A stretch of DNA of 64,000 bases from an uncultured cyanobacterium. GTDB taxonomy: Bacteria; Cyanobacteriota; Cyanobacteriia; PCC-6307; Cyanobiaceae. The notes under the pieces are model-generated. The model was not told where the DNA came from. It worked only from the letters and a program-made list of their open reading frames with translations, and did no database searches. Position numbers and translations under genes: made by a program. Shown here in pieces: positions 1 through 9,889 of this stretch (positions are counted from its first letter, which is position 1; each line of letters begins with the position of its first letter). Location of the stretch: positions 256,001 to 320,000 of the forward strand of contig CAVONQ010000018.1 of the NCBI GenBank assembly GCA_963697335.1, written 5' to 3'.

Positions 1-20
1 TAAGCAGGTCCTGGATCGTG

Positions 21-1529
21 TCAGTTGTCGCTAGTTGGGCGAACCAGGCACTGCCCTGATAGATCCATGCCCCCCAATGCTCGCGCCAGGGCAGCCTCCA
101 GGGCGCTCACCTCGCCCCGGTTGTCGAGCACCACATCTGCCAGCGTTCGCTTGCGGCCCAAGGGCCACTGGGCAGCGATGCGGGAGCCGGCCTCGGCCTC
201 GCTGAGCCCGTTGCGGTCCATCAGCCGGCTGAGCTGCTGGCCTGCGTCGCAGTCCACCAGCCACACCTCACTGCAGAGCGCCTCCAGGCCGGCCTCGAAC
301 AGCAGGGGGATCATCAGCACCACCACCGGGGCGTCTGCCAGCCGGGCCAGTTCCGCCTCGAACCGCTGCCGCACCAGGGGATGCACCAGTTGCTCCAGCC
401 AGGTGCGCTCGGCCGGATCGCTGAACACCAGGCGCCCCAGGGCGGCCCGATCCAGCAGCGGCGCTTCCCCGTCGGCGGAGACGGACTGCACAGTCTCCCC
501 GTAGCGCTGCAGCACCGCCGCTTCCCCGGCCGAGCCCGGTGCCAGGGCCTCGCGGGCGTAGAGGTCGGCGTCGAGCACCGGCAGGCCCGCCTGCTGCTCC
601 AGCCAGCGGCCGGCGGTGCTCTTGCCGCTGGCGATGCCACCCGTGAGGCCGATGCGCCGCTGGCGGCCGCTCCAGCGGCGACGGTTCAGCCCGGGGAGCA
701 TGGCCGGCGGGCCGAGCTGCTCGAGCCTGAAGTGCTCGCCATAGCTGGCCGTGGGGCGTTCGGAATAAAAGCGCGTGGCACCGGGCCGCCGGGGCCCGTA
801 GCGAGCCAGGCGGCTGCGCAGGCCCAGACCCGCCAGCACCAGCCGCTGCAGCCAGCCTGGGCTGCTGGACCAGCCCAGGCTGCCGCATACCTCCTGGCTC
901 ACCAGCGCCAGCAGCACCCGGCGCAGGGCCGGCCGCAGCGGAGCGGGCCAGTCGGCCAGCAGCATCGCCAGGGTGGCGTCGGCCACCCGCCCGTTGCTGG
1001 CGGCCGGGCGGAAGGCCCGGGCCTCCACCTCCCTGTTCAGGCCGAGCAGGGCCTCCAGGCTGACGGGCAGGGCCTGGAGGCCCATGGCCTCGCCCACCTT
1101 GCGCCAGAACAGAAACAGGCAGGTCTGTTCATGGACACTGAGGGGCCTCCAGCCATAGCGGGCCAGCCAGCGGATCGGCTCGGCCACGAAGGTGGAGAGC
1201 ACATACAGGAAGTCGTCGTTGCTGATGGCGTAGGCGCCGTGGATCCGGTTCATCCGCTCGATCACGGCCTGGCCTTCGGCGCTGCGGGGGCCCCAGCGCA
1301 GCAGCTCCGCCACCATCAGCCCCGTGTCGTCGTAGCGCTTGCGGGGCCGATGGGTCAATTCGCCCGTTCGGGCCAGCAGCTTGGAGATCGAGGGCACGCA
1401 GAAGGTCTTGAGCAGGGCCAGCTCCAGGGCACGGGTGATGTCCCAGGGGAAGAGCTCACCGGCCAGCCGCCGGCACACGGCCTCCACCTCACCGGGGGAG
1501 GGGCTGGCGCTGGTGTTCAGCTCCGCCAC
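21..1529 (-). CDS. coaE: Fusion: N-terminal DUF2236/MpaB-like (rubber-oxygenase-family) domain + C-terminal dephospho-CoA kinase
   Basis: N-terminal KRYDDT and RMNRIHGAYAISNDDFLYVLSTF motifs; C-terminal IGLTGGIASGKS P-loop, LDAD, LDRAALGRLVF, IPLLFEAG; divergent from argJ. Confidence 0.85.
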   Translation of the reverse strand: MAELNTSASPSPGEVEAVCRRLAGELFPWDITRALELALLKTFCVPSISKLLARTGELTHRPRKRYDDTGLMVAELLRWGPRSAEGQAVIERMNRIHGAYAISNDDFLYVLSTFVAEPIRWLARYGWRPLSVHEQTCLFLFWRKVGEAMGLQALPVSLEALLGLNREVEARAFRPAASNGRVADATLAMLLADWPAPLRPALRRVLLALVSQEVCGSLGWSSSPGWLQRLVLAGLGLRSRLARYGPRRPGATRFYSERPTASYGEHFRLEQLGPPAMLPGLNRRRWSGRQRRIGLTGGIASGKSTAGRWLEQQAGLPVLDADLYAREALAPGSAGEAAVLQRYGETVQSVSADGEAPLLDRAALGRLVFSDPAERTWLEQLVHPLVRQRFEAELARLADAPVVVLMIPLLFEAGLEALCSEVWLVDCDAGQQLSRLMDRNGLSEAEAGSRIAAQWPLGRKRTLADVVLDNRGEVSALEAALARALGGMDLSGQCLVRPTSDN

Positions 1530-1566
1530 GGCGGCTCGGCAGGATGGGGCGATTCATCCTGGCGCC

Positions 1567-2811
1567 GTGACCCCCACCTGGCACCCGATCCCCGGCGGCG
1601 TCACCGCCCCCGCTGGCTTCCTGGCCGCCGCCGTCACCGCCGGCCTCAAGCCGTCGGGCAATCCCGACCTCTGCCTGCTGCTGGCCCCGGAGGGGGCCGT
1701 GTGCGCCGGCACCTTCACCACCTCCCTGGTGCGGGCGGCCTGCGTGGACCTCTGCGCCGAGCGGCTGGCGGCCAGCGGCGGCCGGGCCCGGGCGGTGCTC
1801 ACCAACTCCGGCCAGGCCAATGCCTGCACCGGCGATCGTGGCCTGATCGACAGCCAGCGCGCCACCGCGGCCCTGGCCGATCGGCTGGGGCTGGCGGCCG
1901 AGCAGGTGCTGATCTGCTCCACCGGCGTGATCGGCGTGCCGATCCCGATGGACATCCTGCTGGCGGGGCTCGATCCCCTGGTGGAAGCCCTCAGCCCGGA
2001 GGGGGGCGCCGCCGCCGCCACAGCCATCCTCACCACCGATCTGACTGACAAGCAGATCGCCCTGGAGGCCGACCTCGGCGGCCGCCGCGTGCGGATCGGC
2101 GGCATGGCCAAGGGCTCCGGGATGATCCACCCGAACATGGCCACGATGCTGGGCTATCTCAGCTGCGATGCCGGCGTGCCGGCGGAGCTGTGGCAGGCGA
2201 TGGTGCAGCGGGCGGTGGACCGCTCCTTCAATGCGATCACGGTGGACGGCGACACCAGCACCAACGACACGTTCCTGGCCTTTGCAGCCGGGGAACCCCT
2301 GAACCCCGAGCACTACGACGCGCTGGAGGCGGGCCTGACGGCGGTGTCGCAGCACCTGGCCCGGGCGATCGCCCGCGACGGCGAGGGGGCCACCTGCCTG
2401 ATCGAGGTGCGGGTGGAGGGGGCCGCCGATGAGGCCGGCGCCATTGCCGTGGCCCGCACCGTCTGCGGCTCCTCGCTGGTGAAGTGCGCCGTGCATGGCC
2501 GTGATCCCAACTGGGGCCGGATCGTGGCCGCCGCCGGCCGCGCCGGCGTGGTCTTCGATCCCGGGGCGGTGGCCCTGTGGCTGGGGGAGCACCAGCTGAT
2601 GGCTGCCGGCCAGCCCCTGCCCTTCGACCGGCCTGCCGCCTCCGCCTACCTGCGCGATCGCGCCGCTGGCACCTACCTGGGCGGCAGCGGGCCTGGCGGT
2701 GACACGGTGCTGATCCGCCTGCGGCTGGGGGATGGCCCCGGCAGCGGCAGGGCCTGGGGCTGTGATCTCTCCGATCAGTACGTGCGCATCAACGCCGATT
2801 ACACGACCTAG
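1567..2811 (+). CDS. argJ: Bifunctional ornithine acetyltransferase/N-acetylglutamate synthase
   Basis: NSGQANACTG, GMAKGSGMIHPNMATML, DGDTSTND, C-terminal WGCDLSDQYVRINADYTT; GTG start chosen at 1567. Confidence 0.97.
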   Translation: MTPTWHPIPGGVTAPAGFLAAAVTAGLKPSGNPDLCLLLAPEGAVCAGTFTTSLVRAACVDLCAERLAASGGRARAVLTNSGQANACTGDRGLIDSQRATAALADRLGLAAEQVLICSTGVIGVPIPMDILLAGLDPLVEALSPEGGAAAATAILTTDLTDKQIALEADLGGRRVRIGGMAKGSGMIHPNMATMLGYLSCDAGVPAELWQAMVQRAVDRSFNAITVDGDTSTNDTFLAFAAGEPLNPEHYDALEAGLTAVSQHLARAIARDGEGATCLIEVRVEGAADEAGAIAVARTVCGSSLVKCAVHGRDPNWGRIVAAAGRAGVVFDPGAVALWLGEHQLMAAGQPLPFDRPAASAYLRDRAAGTYLGGSGPGGDTVLIRLRLGDGPGSGRAWGCDLSDQYVRINADYTT

Positions 2812-2914
2812 GCGCAGGGGGCCTTCCAACTGGATCAAAGAGGCACCCACCACCACCGAGCGGTTCAGGCAGTCGCTGGAGCGGATCTGGCAGGAGGATC
2901 AGCAGAGAGCGTGA
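2812..2914 (+). pseudogene. Probable 3' remnant of a small protein paralogous to the next ORF
   Basis: Reads ...TTERFRQSLERIWQE, similar to ATEFRKSLDKLWAK of 2911-3093; stop overlaps the next start (GTGA); no own start codon after argJ. Confidence 0.4.
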
Positions 2915-3093
2915 TGGACAACCTGAACGGGGGATCCATCCAATTGGGTCTGGTTGCTCTTGCCGTTGCGGGTCTGCAGATCTGGTGGATCGGCAGCATT
3001 GTCCGCAGGCGAAACCTTGCCAGGTCCATGCGTGCGACCGAGTTCCGCAAGTCTCTGGACAAGCTGTGGGCGAAGACGGGCGGCAAAGGCTGA
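2911..3093 (+). CDS. Small single-TM hypothetical protein (60 aa)
   Basis: Hydrophobic LGLVALAVAGLQIWWI followed by a basic amphipathic tail. Confidence 0.65.
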   Translation: MMDNLNGGSIQLGLVALAVAGLQIWWIGSIVRRRNLARSMRATEFRKSLDKLWAKTGGKG

Positions 3094-3531
3094 TCCACTC
3101 ACGAACCGTTGCAGAGCTTCTTGCGATGGTCCTGGTCGTCGGGCGGTCCTGGACGGGTCCGCTTTTTTCTTGGCCAAGGCGCGACGACGCCTTGGAACCG
3201 CCAGTTCCATCGAGGATCCAGGTGGCTGCCCTCCAGCAGCCCTGTTCGGAACGAGGCTGCTGCGAGTGGGCTGGTACTTCAGCAGACAGAGTCGATTCTT
3301 GAAGCGTGGCTTTGAGAGGGTCTGGGCCACAGGATTCAAGCTGTGGTTGCAGATGCGTTGCCGGTGCTTTCTGGGTGTATCGCAGATCCATTGCAGATCC
3401 CCATTGAGGAGCCCCCTGAAACCACCACCTCCCCACGGAGCATTCTGCTCGCCCATCAGCTCAGTCGCGACGCAATACAACAGCCCTGCGCTGGAAGTTG
3501 AGCTAACGTTGGTAGAGAAATCTTCTTCTGC

Positions 3532-4599
3532 ATGGGTGTTCATCCCTACGAAGACCTTCCCCCCGCTGCTTTCTGGAGATCAGGCGTTGCCCAGGAGGAT
3601 CCCCATGCGATCCAAGGAATCTACAGAAAAAAGTTTGAGATTCCCCCTGGTGCCAGGATCGCTACGGCAGGATCCTGCTTTGCTCAGCACATCACCAGGC
3701 GTCTGGCTGGCCATGGCTTCCAGGTGCTGGATGTGGAGCCCCCACCTTCCGGTCTGCCCACGAGTCTTCATCAGGCCTATGGCTTCTCCTTGTTCAGTGC
3801 GCGCTACGGCAACATCTATACCGTGAGGCAGCTGCTGCAGCTTGCGCAGGAGGTGGCTGGTGATTGGGTTCCTCAGGATCTGGTGTGGGAGAACAACGGG
3901 CGCTACTTCGATGCTCTCAGGCCTGGCGTTGAGCCTGATGGCCTTGACTCTCCCGGTGAAGTGATGGAGCATCGTCGCTATCACATCGCAAGTTTAAGAA
4001 CGCTCTTCCAAGACCTCGATCTTCTTGTCTTTACCCTTGGCCTGACGGAAGCGTGGGAGCACAGGCAATCCGGAACGGTCTATCCCACGGCCCCGGGCAT
4101 TCTTGCAGGCCAATTCGATCCCAGCCTTCACGCGTTCAGCAATGCCCAGTTCGCAGATATCCTCGCCGACTTCAACAGGTTTCAAGGTGTCCTCAGAAAT
4201 CTCCGCCAGGGGCGTCCCTTCAAGTTGATCCTCACGGTTTCCCCTGTTCCGCTCACGGCCAGTGCGAGCGGGAACCACGTGCTGGTTTCCACGGCGTATT
4301 CCAAGGCGCTCCTCAGATCTGTTGCCGGTCAACTCGCGTTCAATCAGCCGCATATCGACTACTTTCCGGCCTATGAAATAATCACTAATCCAAGATTGTG
4401 CTCGGCTGCATTCGCCGAAAACTGCAGATCAGTGCGCGAAGCTGCTGTGGATAATGTGATGGCTCACTTCTTCTCCCAGCACGCTCCCCCGCCGGCTTCG
4501 GCTTCTCCTGCTGGCATCCCTGGCGGGCAGGGGCGGGAGGAGGGTGTGGATGTCGCCTGCGAAGAGATGATTCTGGATCGGTTTGCGCCGCCTCGATGA
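3532..4599 (+). CDS. GSCFA-domain protein (SGNH-like)
   Basis: IATAGSCFAQHI, FSARYGNIYT, FTLGLTEAW, LTVSPVPLTAS, YFPAYEII; visibly lower GC than flanks. Confidence 0.9.
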   Translation: MGVHPYEDLPPAAFWRSGVAQEDPHAIQGIYRKKFEIPPGARIATAGSCFAQHITRRLAGHGFQVLDVEPPPSGLPTSLHQAYGFSLFSARYGNIYTVRQLLQLAQEVAGDWVPQDLVWENNGRYFDALRPGVEPDGLDSPGEVMEHRRYHIASLRTLFQDLDLLVFTLGLTEAWEHRQSGTVYPTAPGILAGQFDPSLHAFSNAQFADILADFNRFQGVLRNLRQGRPFKLILTVSPVPLTASASGNHVLVSTAYSKALLRSVAGQLAFNQPHIDYFPAYEIITNPRLCSAAFAENCRSVREAAVDNVMAHFFSQHAPPPASASPAGIPGGQGREEGVDVACEEMILDRFAPPR

Positions 4600-5351
4600 A
4601 CTACACGATCTGGGGCGACTCCCATCTGATTGGTTTCATGGAGGCGGTCGAAAACCTCGGCCTCAACGACCGCGCTGATCTCACTTTTCTGCCCACGCCG
4701 AATGTCGCCAACATCAAGGAGATCGTGAGCGGTGCCGCTAGCTCTGCATCCCTGCTGTTTGACGGAGAAGTGACACCTGTCGATCTGGCGCAGCCGGAGC
4801 AATCCGTGTTGGTTGTGGTTGGTAATGGTAATTTTGCCCATTTCTCTGTGTATGAACGAAAGGGAGGCCTGCCGCCCCTCTGGGTTTATGTACCGGAGAT
4901 TCATGCCTCTCGGGGCGGAGGTGAAGGTGATGGTCTGATCCCGTCGATTCCGCCAGTGTCGATGGGTCTCTTTCGGGCTGTCTATGCAGAATCGGTAGGC
5001 CATAACCTTCTCTATCGCCATGGATTTACGGCCCACTATTTCAATAGATTCGTCAAGCTCATTCTCTTTATTCCGCCATCGCCTTCAGTTGCCTTCTTCA
5101 GCAGGCAGCTCTGTTCCGAGGGTTATCTCGAGGCGAAATGCCTTCACGGTTTCCGGCGCGCCTACGCGGCGCTGTTCAAGCAGGAAGTGCGTCGACTTGG
5201 CCTGACAAGCGTGGAGATCAATGACCCGTCGGGCGCGCTGGAGCTTGAAGATGGCACCACGGCAGAGGAGTATCTCGTGGATGAGGTTCTTCAGGTCCAC
5301 GGCAACGCCGCCTACTGGGAGCGCAGGATCAGGTCCTCGTCCCTGGCGTGA
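4596..5351 (+). CDS. Hypothetical protein, SGNH/GDSL-hydrolase-like
   Basis: N-terminal IWGDSH and C-terminal D...VHGN..YW; ATGA overlap with the GSCFA gene. Confidence 0.6.
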   Translation: MNYTIWGDSHLIGFMEAVENLGLNDRADLTFLPTPNVANIKEIVSGAASSASLLFDGEVTPVDLAQPEQSVLVVVGNGNFAHFSVYERKGGLPPLWVYVPEIHASRGGGEGDGLIPSIPPVSMGLFRAVYAESVGHNLLYRHGFTAHYFNRFVKLILFIPPSPSVAFFSRQLCSEGYLEAKCLHGFRRAYAALFKQEVRRLGLTSVEINDPSGALELEDGTTAEEYLVDEVLQVHGNAAYWERRIRSSSLA

Positions 5352-5484
5352 GCTGCTGGCGATCGACTGTTCAACGCTGGGGCTGTTCAGCGGCTCACCA
5401 GCTTCCACAGCCCATACAGCACCACCGCCAGCAGCACGCCGGCGGAGCGGCGCTGCGCCGGGTGAGGGCCTTAACCTGGCCGCC

Positions 5485-5964
5485 ATGGCCTCCACCAGCC
5501 CCACCCGTGCCGCGCCGGCCCGGCCCCGCCACCGCTGGCGCGGCCCGCTGCTGGCCGGCTTCTGCTTCGGGCTGGGCTATGGCATCACCCAGCGGCTCCT
5601 GGTGCTGCAGCTGCCGGGGCTGGTGCAGCTGCAGCAGGGCTTTGATGTGCGCGAGTTCCCCGGCACCAGCCTCGAGAGCCTGCGCCTTCGCTTCGGAAGC
5701 GACAAAGAGGAGATCCGCGGCGACCTGGAGCTGCTCGAACTGGAGCGTCAGAGCAAGCAGCGCGAGCAGGAGCGCCAGGCTGCCGAGCGTCAACAGGCCG
5801 CCGAGCGCCAGCGGGATGAGCGGCAGACCGAGCAGGAGCGGGCTCTCCAGTCCCTCCCCAAAATCCCACCCCTCAACCCTGCCGCCAACCCAGGCGCCGA
5901 TGCCGCTGCCGAGCCCGACTCCTCCCCACCCCCAGCCCCGGCCTTGCCGGAGCCCAGCCCCTGA
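5485..5964 (+). CDS. Conserved cyanobacterial-type hypothetical membrane protein
   Basis: GPLLAGFCFGLGYGITQRL TM segment, ERQ-rich coiled coil, Pro-rich tail. Confidence 0.7.
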   Translation: MASTSPTRAAPARPRHRWRGPLLAGFCFGLGYGITQRLLVLQLPGLVQLQQGFDVREFPGTSLESLRLRFGSDKEEIRGDLELLELERQSKQREQERQAAERQQAAERQRDERQTEQERALQSLPKIPPLNPAANPGADAAAEPDSSPPPAPALPEPSP

Positions 5965-6045
5965 GGCCCTCCCCAGCGGAACCCTGTGGCTGGCCGCGCA
6001 CCGGCAGCGCCCATCTGGCACAGTTCCAGCAGCAGCTCAGGCCCC

Positions 6046-6402
6046 ATGACGGCGCCCCAGATCCTGATGCAGGCCGCCGTGGCCCGGCTGGGGGCCCGCC
6101 TCGGCAGTGGCCTCGTGGATGCCGTCGCCAGCCTGGCCCTGGTGGTGCAGGACGCTCCTGAGAAAGTGCGCCAGGAGCTGCGACTCTTCTGGGAGGAGGT
6201 GGAACTGGAGGCCGGCCGCCTGGAGCGCGATGGCCAGGACGGTGCGTCTGGCTCTGCCTCCACCCCCGTGGATCCAGATCACCCTGGCGACGGCCTCCCA
6301 CGCCCCGCCGCTGCGGTTCCAGGGTTGTCCGTCCAGGAGCAGATCGATGCCCTGCGGGCCCAGTTGGCCGGGCTGGGTCAGCGTCTGGATCGGCATCCGT
6401 GA
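6046..6402 (+). CDS. Hypothetical protein coupled to the ABC1 kinase gene
   Basis: Helical ORF (QDAPEKVRQELRLFWEEV; QEQIDALRAQLA); stop overlaps the next start. Confidence 0.75.
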   Translation: MTAPQILMQAAVARLGARLGSGLVDAVASLALVVQDAPEKVRQELRLFWEEVELEAGRLERDGQDGASGSASTPVDPDHPGDGLPRPAAAVPGLSVQEQIDALRAQLAGLGQRLDRHP

Positions 6403-8063
6403 TCCAGCGCCCCCTGCGCATCTGGTGGCTGGCCCTGCGCCTCAGCGCCGGACTCTGGTGGGACGGCAAGCGCTGGACCTACCCGGGCGGCCCCACCCCC
6501 GAACGCCGCAGCCGCCGCGCCCGGCGCCGCGCCCGCTGGCTGACCCGCGAGTTCCTGGCCCTCGGCTCGGCCTTCATCAAGCTGGGCCAGCTGCTCTCGG
6601 CCCGGCCGGACGTGCTGCCCCCCGAGCTGGTGGAGGAGCTGGCCTCCCTGCAGGACCAGGTGCCCGCCTTCCCCTTTGCGGTGGTGCAGGCCCTGCTGGA
6701 AGAGGAACTGGGGGAGCGTTGCGCCGAGATCATCGACCTCGAGGAACTGCCGCTCGGTTCGGCCAGCCTCGCCCAGGTGCATCGCGCCAGCCTCCGCAGT
6801 GGTCGCCAGGTGGTGCTCAAGGTGCAGCGCCCCGGATTGGAGCGGCTGTTCCGGCTGGACCTGGAGGTGCTGCAGCAGCTGGCCGCCGTGGTGCAGCGTC
6901 ACCCCCGCTGGGGCCGTGGCCGCGACTGGGTGGGCATCGCCCAGGAGTGCCGCCGCGTGCTGCTGCGCGAGCTCGATTTCCGCCTCGAGGCCGAGCACGC
7001 CGCCCGTTTCCGCCAGCAGTTCCTGGACGACCCCGGCATCCGCATTCCGGCGGTGGTGTGGGAGCTGAGCTCCCGCCGGGTGCTGTGCCTCGACTACGTG
7101 CCCGGCATCAAGATCAACGACCGCGAAGCCCTGCTGGCCGCCGGCATCGAGCCCGCCGCCGTGGCCGAGAAGGGGGCGGCCAGCTATCTGCAGCAGCTGG
7201 TGCGGTTTGGCTTCTTCCACGCCGATCCCCACCCCGGCAACCTCGCGGTCGCCCCGGACGGCACCCTCATCTACTACGACTTCGGCATGATGGGGCAGCT
7301 CTCGGGCCGGCTGCGCTCACGGCTGGGGCGCATGGTGCGCGCCGCCGCCTCCCGCGACGCCTCCACCCTGGTGAAGGAGTTGCAGGCCTCCGGGGTCATC
7401 TCCCCGGAGGCGGATCCAGGCCCCGTGCGGCGGCTGGTGCGGGTGATGCTCAACGATGCCCTCACGCCGCCCTTCTCCGCCAACGTGCTGCAGAAGCTCT
7501 CCGGCGACCTCTATGACCTCGTCTACGGCCAGCCCTTCCGGGTGCCGCCCGAGCTGATCTTCGTGATGCGGGCCCTCTCCACCTTCGAGGGGGTGGGCCG
7601 CAGCCTCGACCCTGGCTTTAGCCTGGTGGCGATTGCCCGCCCCTACCTGCTCCCCCTGATGACCTCCAGCGGCAACGGCGGCAGCGACCTGTTCGGCGAA
7701 CTCTCCCGCCAGGCGGCCGAGGTGGGCAGCCGCGCCCTCGGCATTCCGCGCCGCCTCGACGACAGCCTGGCCCGCATCGAGCAGGGCGACCTGCAGGTGC
7801 AGATCAGGGCCGGCGAAACCGACCGGCTGCTGCGGCGCCTCGCCCTGGCCCAGCAGTCGGCCGGCCAGTCCATGCTGCTGGCTGGCCTGGCCGTGGCGGC
7901 GTCGCTGCTCGCCACCAGCCGCCAGCCGGCCTTGGTGCTGATCCCAGCCGTGGCCTCGCTGCCGGTGGGGCTGGGCTGGCTCAAGCTGCAGGGCCGCCTG
8001 GCCAGGGATGGCCGCCTGGATCAGTTGCCCGGTATCAGCCCCAGCCCCACCGATCCAGACTGA
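6399..8063 (+). CDS. AarF/ABC1/UbiB family atypical kinase
   Basis: FIKLGQLLSARPD, LGSASLAQVH, VVLKVQRP, FFHADPHPGN, YDFGMMG. Confidence 0.95.
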   Translation: MIQRPLRIWWLALRLSAGLWWDGKRWTYPGGPTPERRSRRARRRARWLTREFLALGSAFIKLGQLLSARPDVLPPELVEELASLQDQVPAFPFAVVQALLEEELGERCAEIIDLEELPLGSASLAQVHRASLRSGRQVVLKVQRPGLERLFRLDLEVLQQLAAVVQRHPRWGRGRDWVGIAQECRRVLLRELDFRLEAEHAARFRQQFLDDPGIRIPAVVWELSSRRVLCLDYVPGIKINDREALLAAGIEPAAVAEKGAASYLQQLVRFGFFHADPHPGNLAVAPDGTLIYYDFGMMGQLSGRLRSRLGRMVRAAASRDASTLVKELQASGVISPEADPGPVRRLVRVMLNDALTPPFSANVLQKLSGDLYDLVYGQPFRVPPELIFVMRALSTFEGVGRSLDPGFSLVAIARPYLLPLMTSSGNGGSDLFGELSRQAAEVGSRALGIPRRLDDSLARIEQGDLQVQIRAGETDRLLRRLALAQQSAGQSMLLAGLAVAASLLATSRQPALVLIPAVASLPVGLGWLKLQGRLARDGRLDQLPGISPSPTDPD

Positions 8064-8067
8064 GACT

Positions 8068-9878
<1,811 letters not shown>

Positions 9879-9889
<11 letters not shown>

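Noticed and set aside
3094..3531. Lower-GC spacer with several open frames
   Set aside because: No frame gives a recognisable protein; at most a decayed gene.
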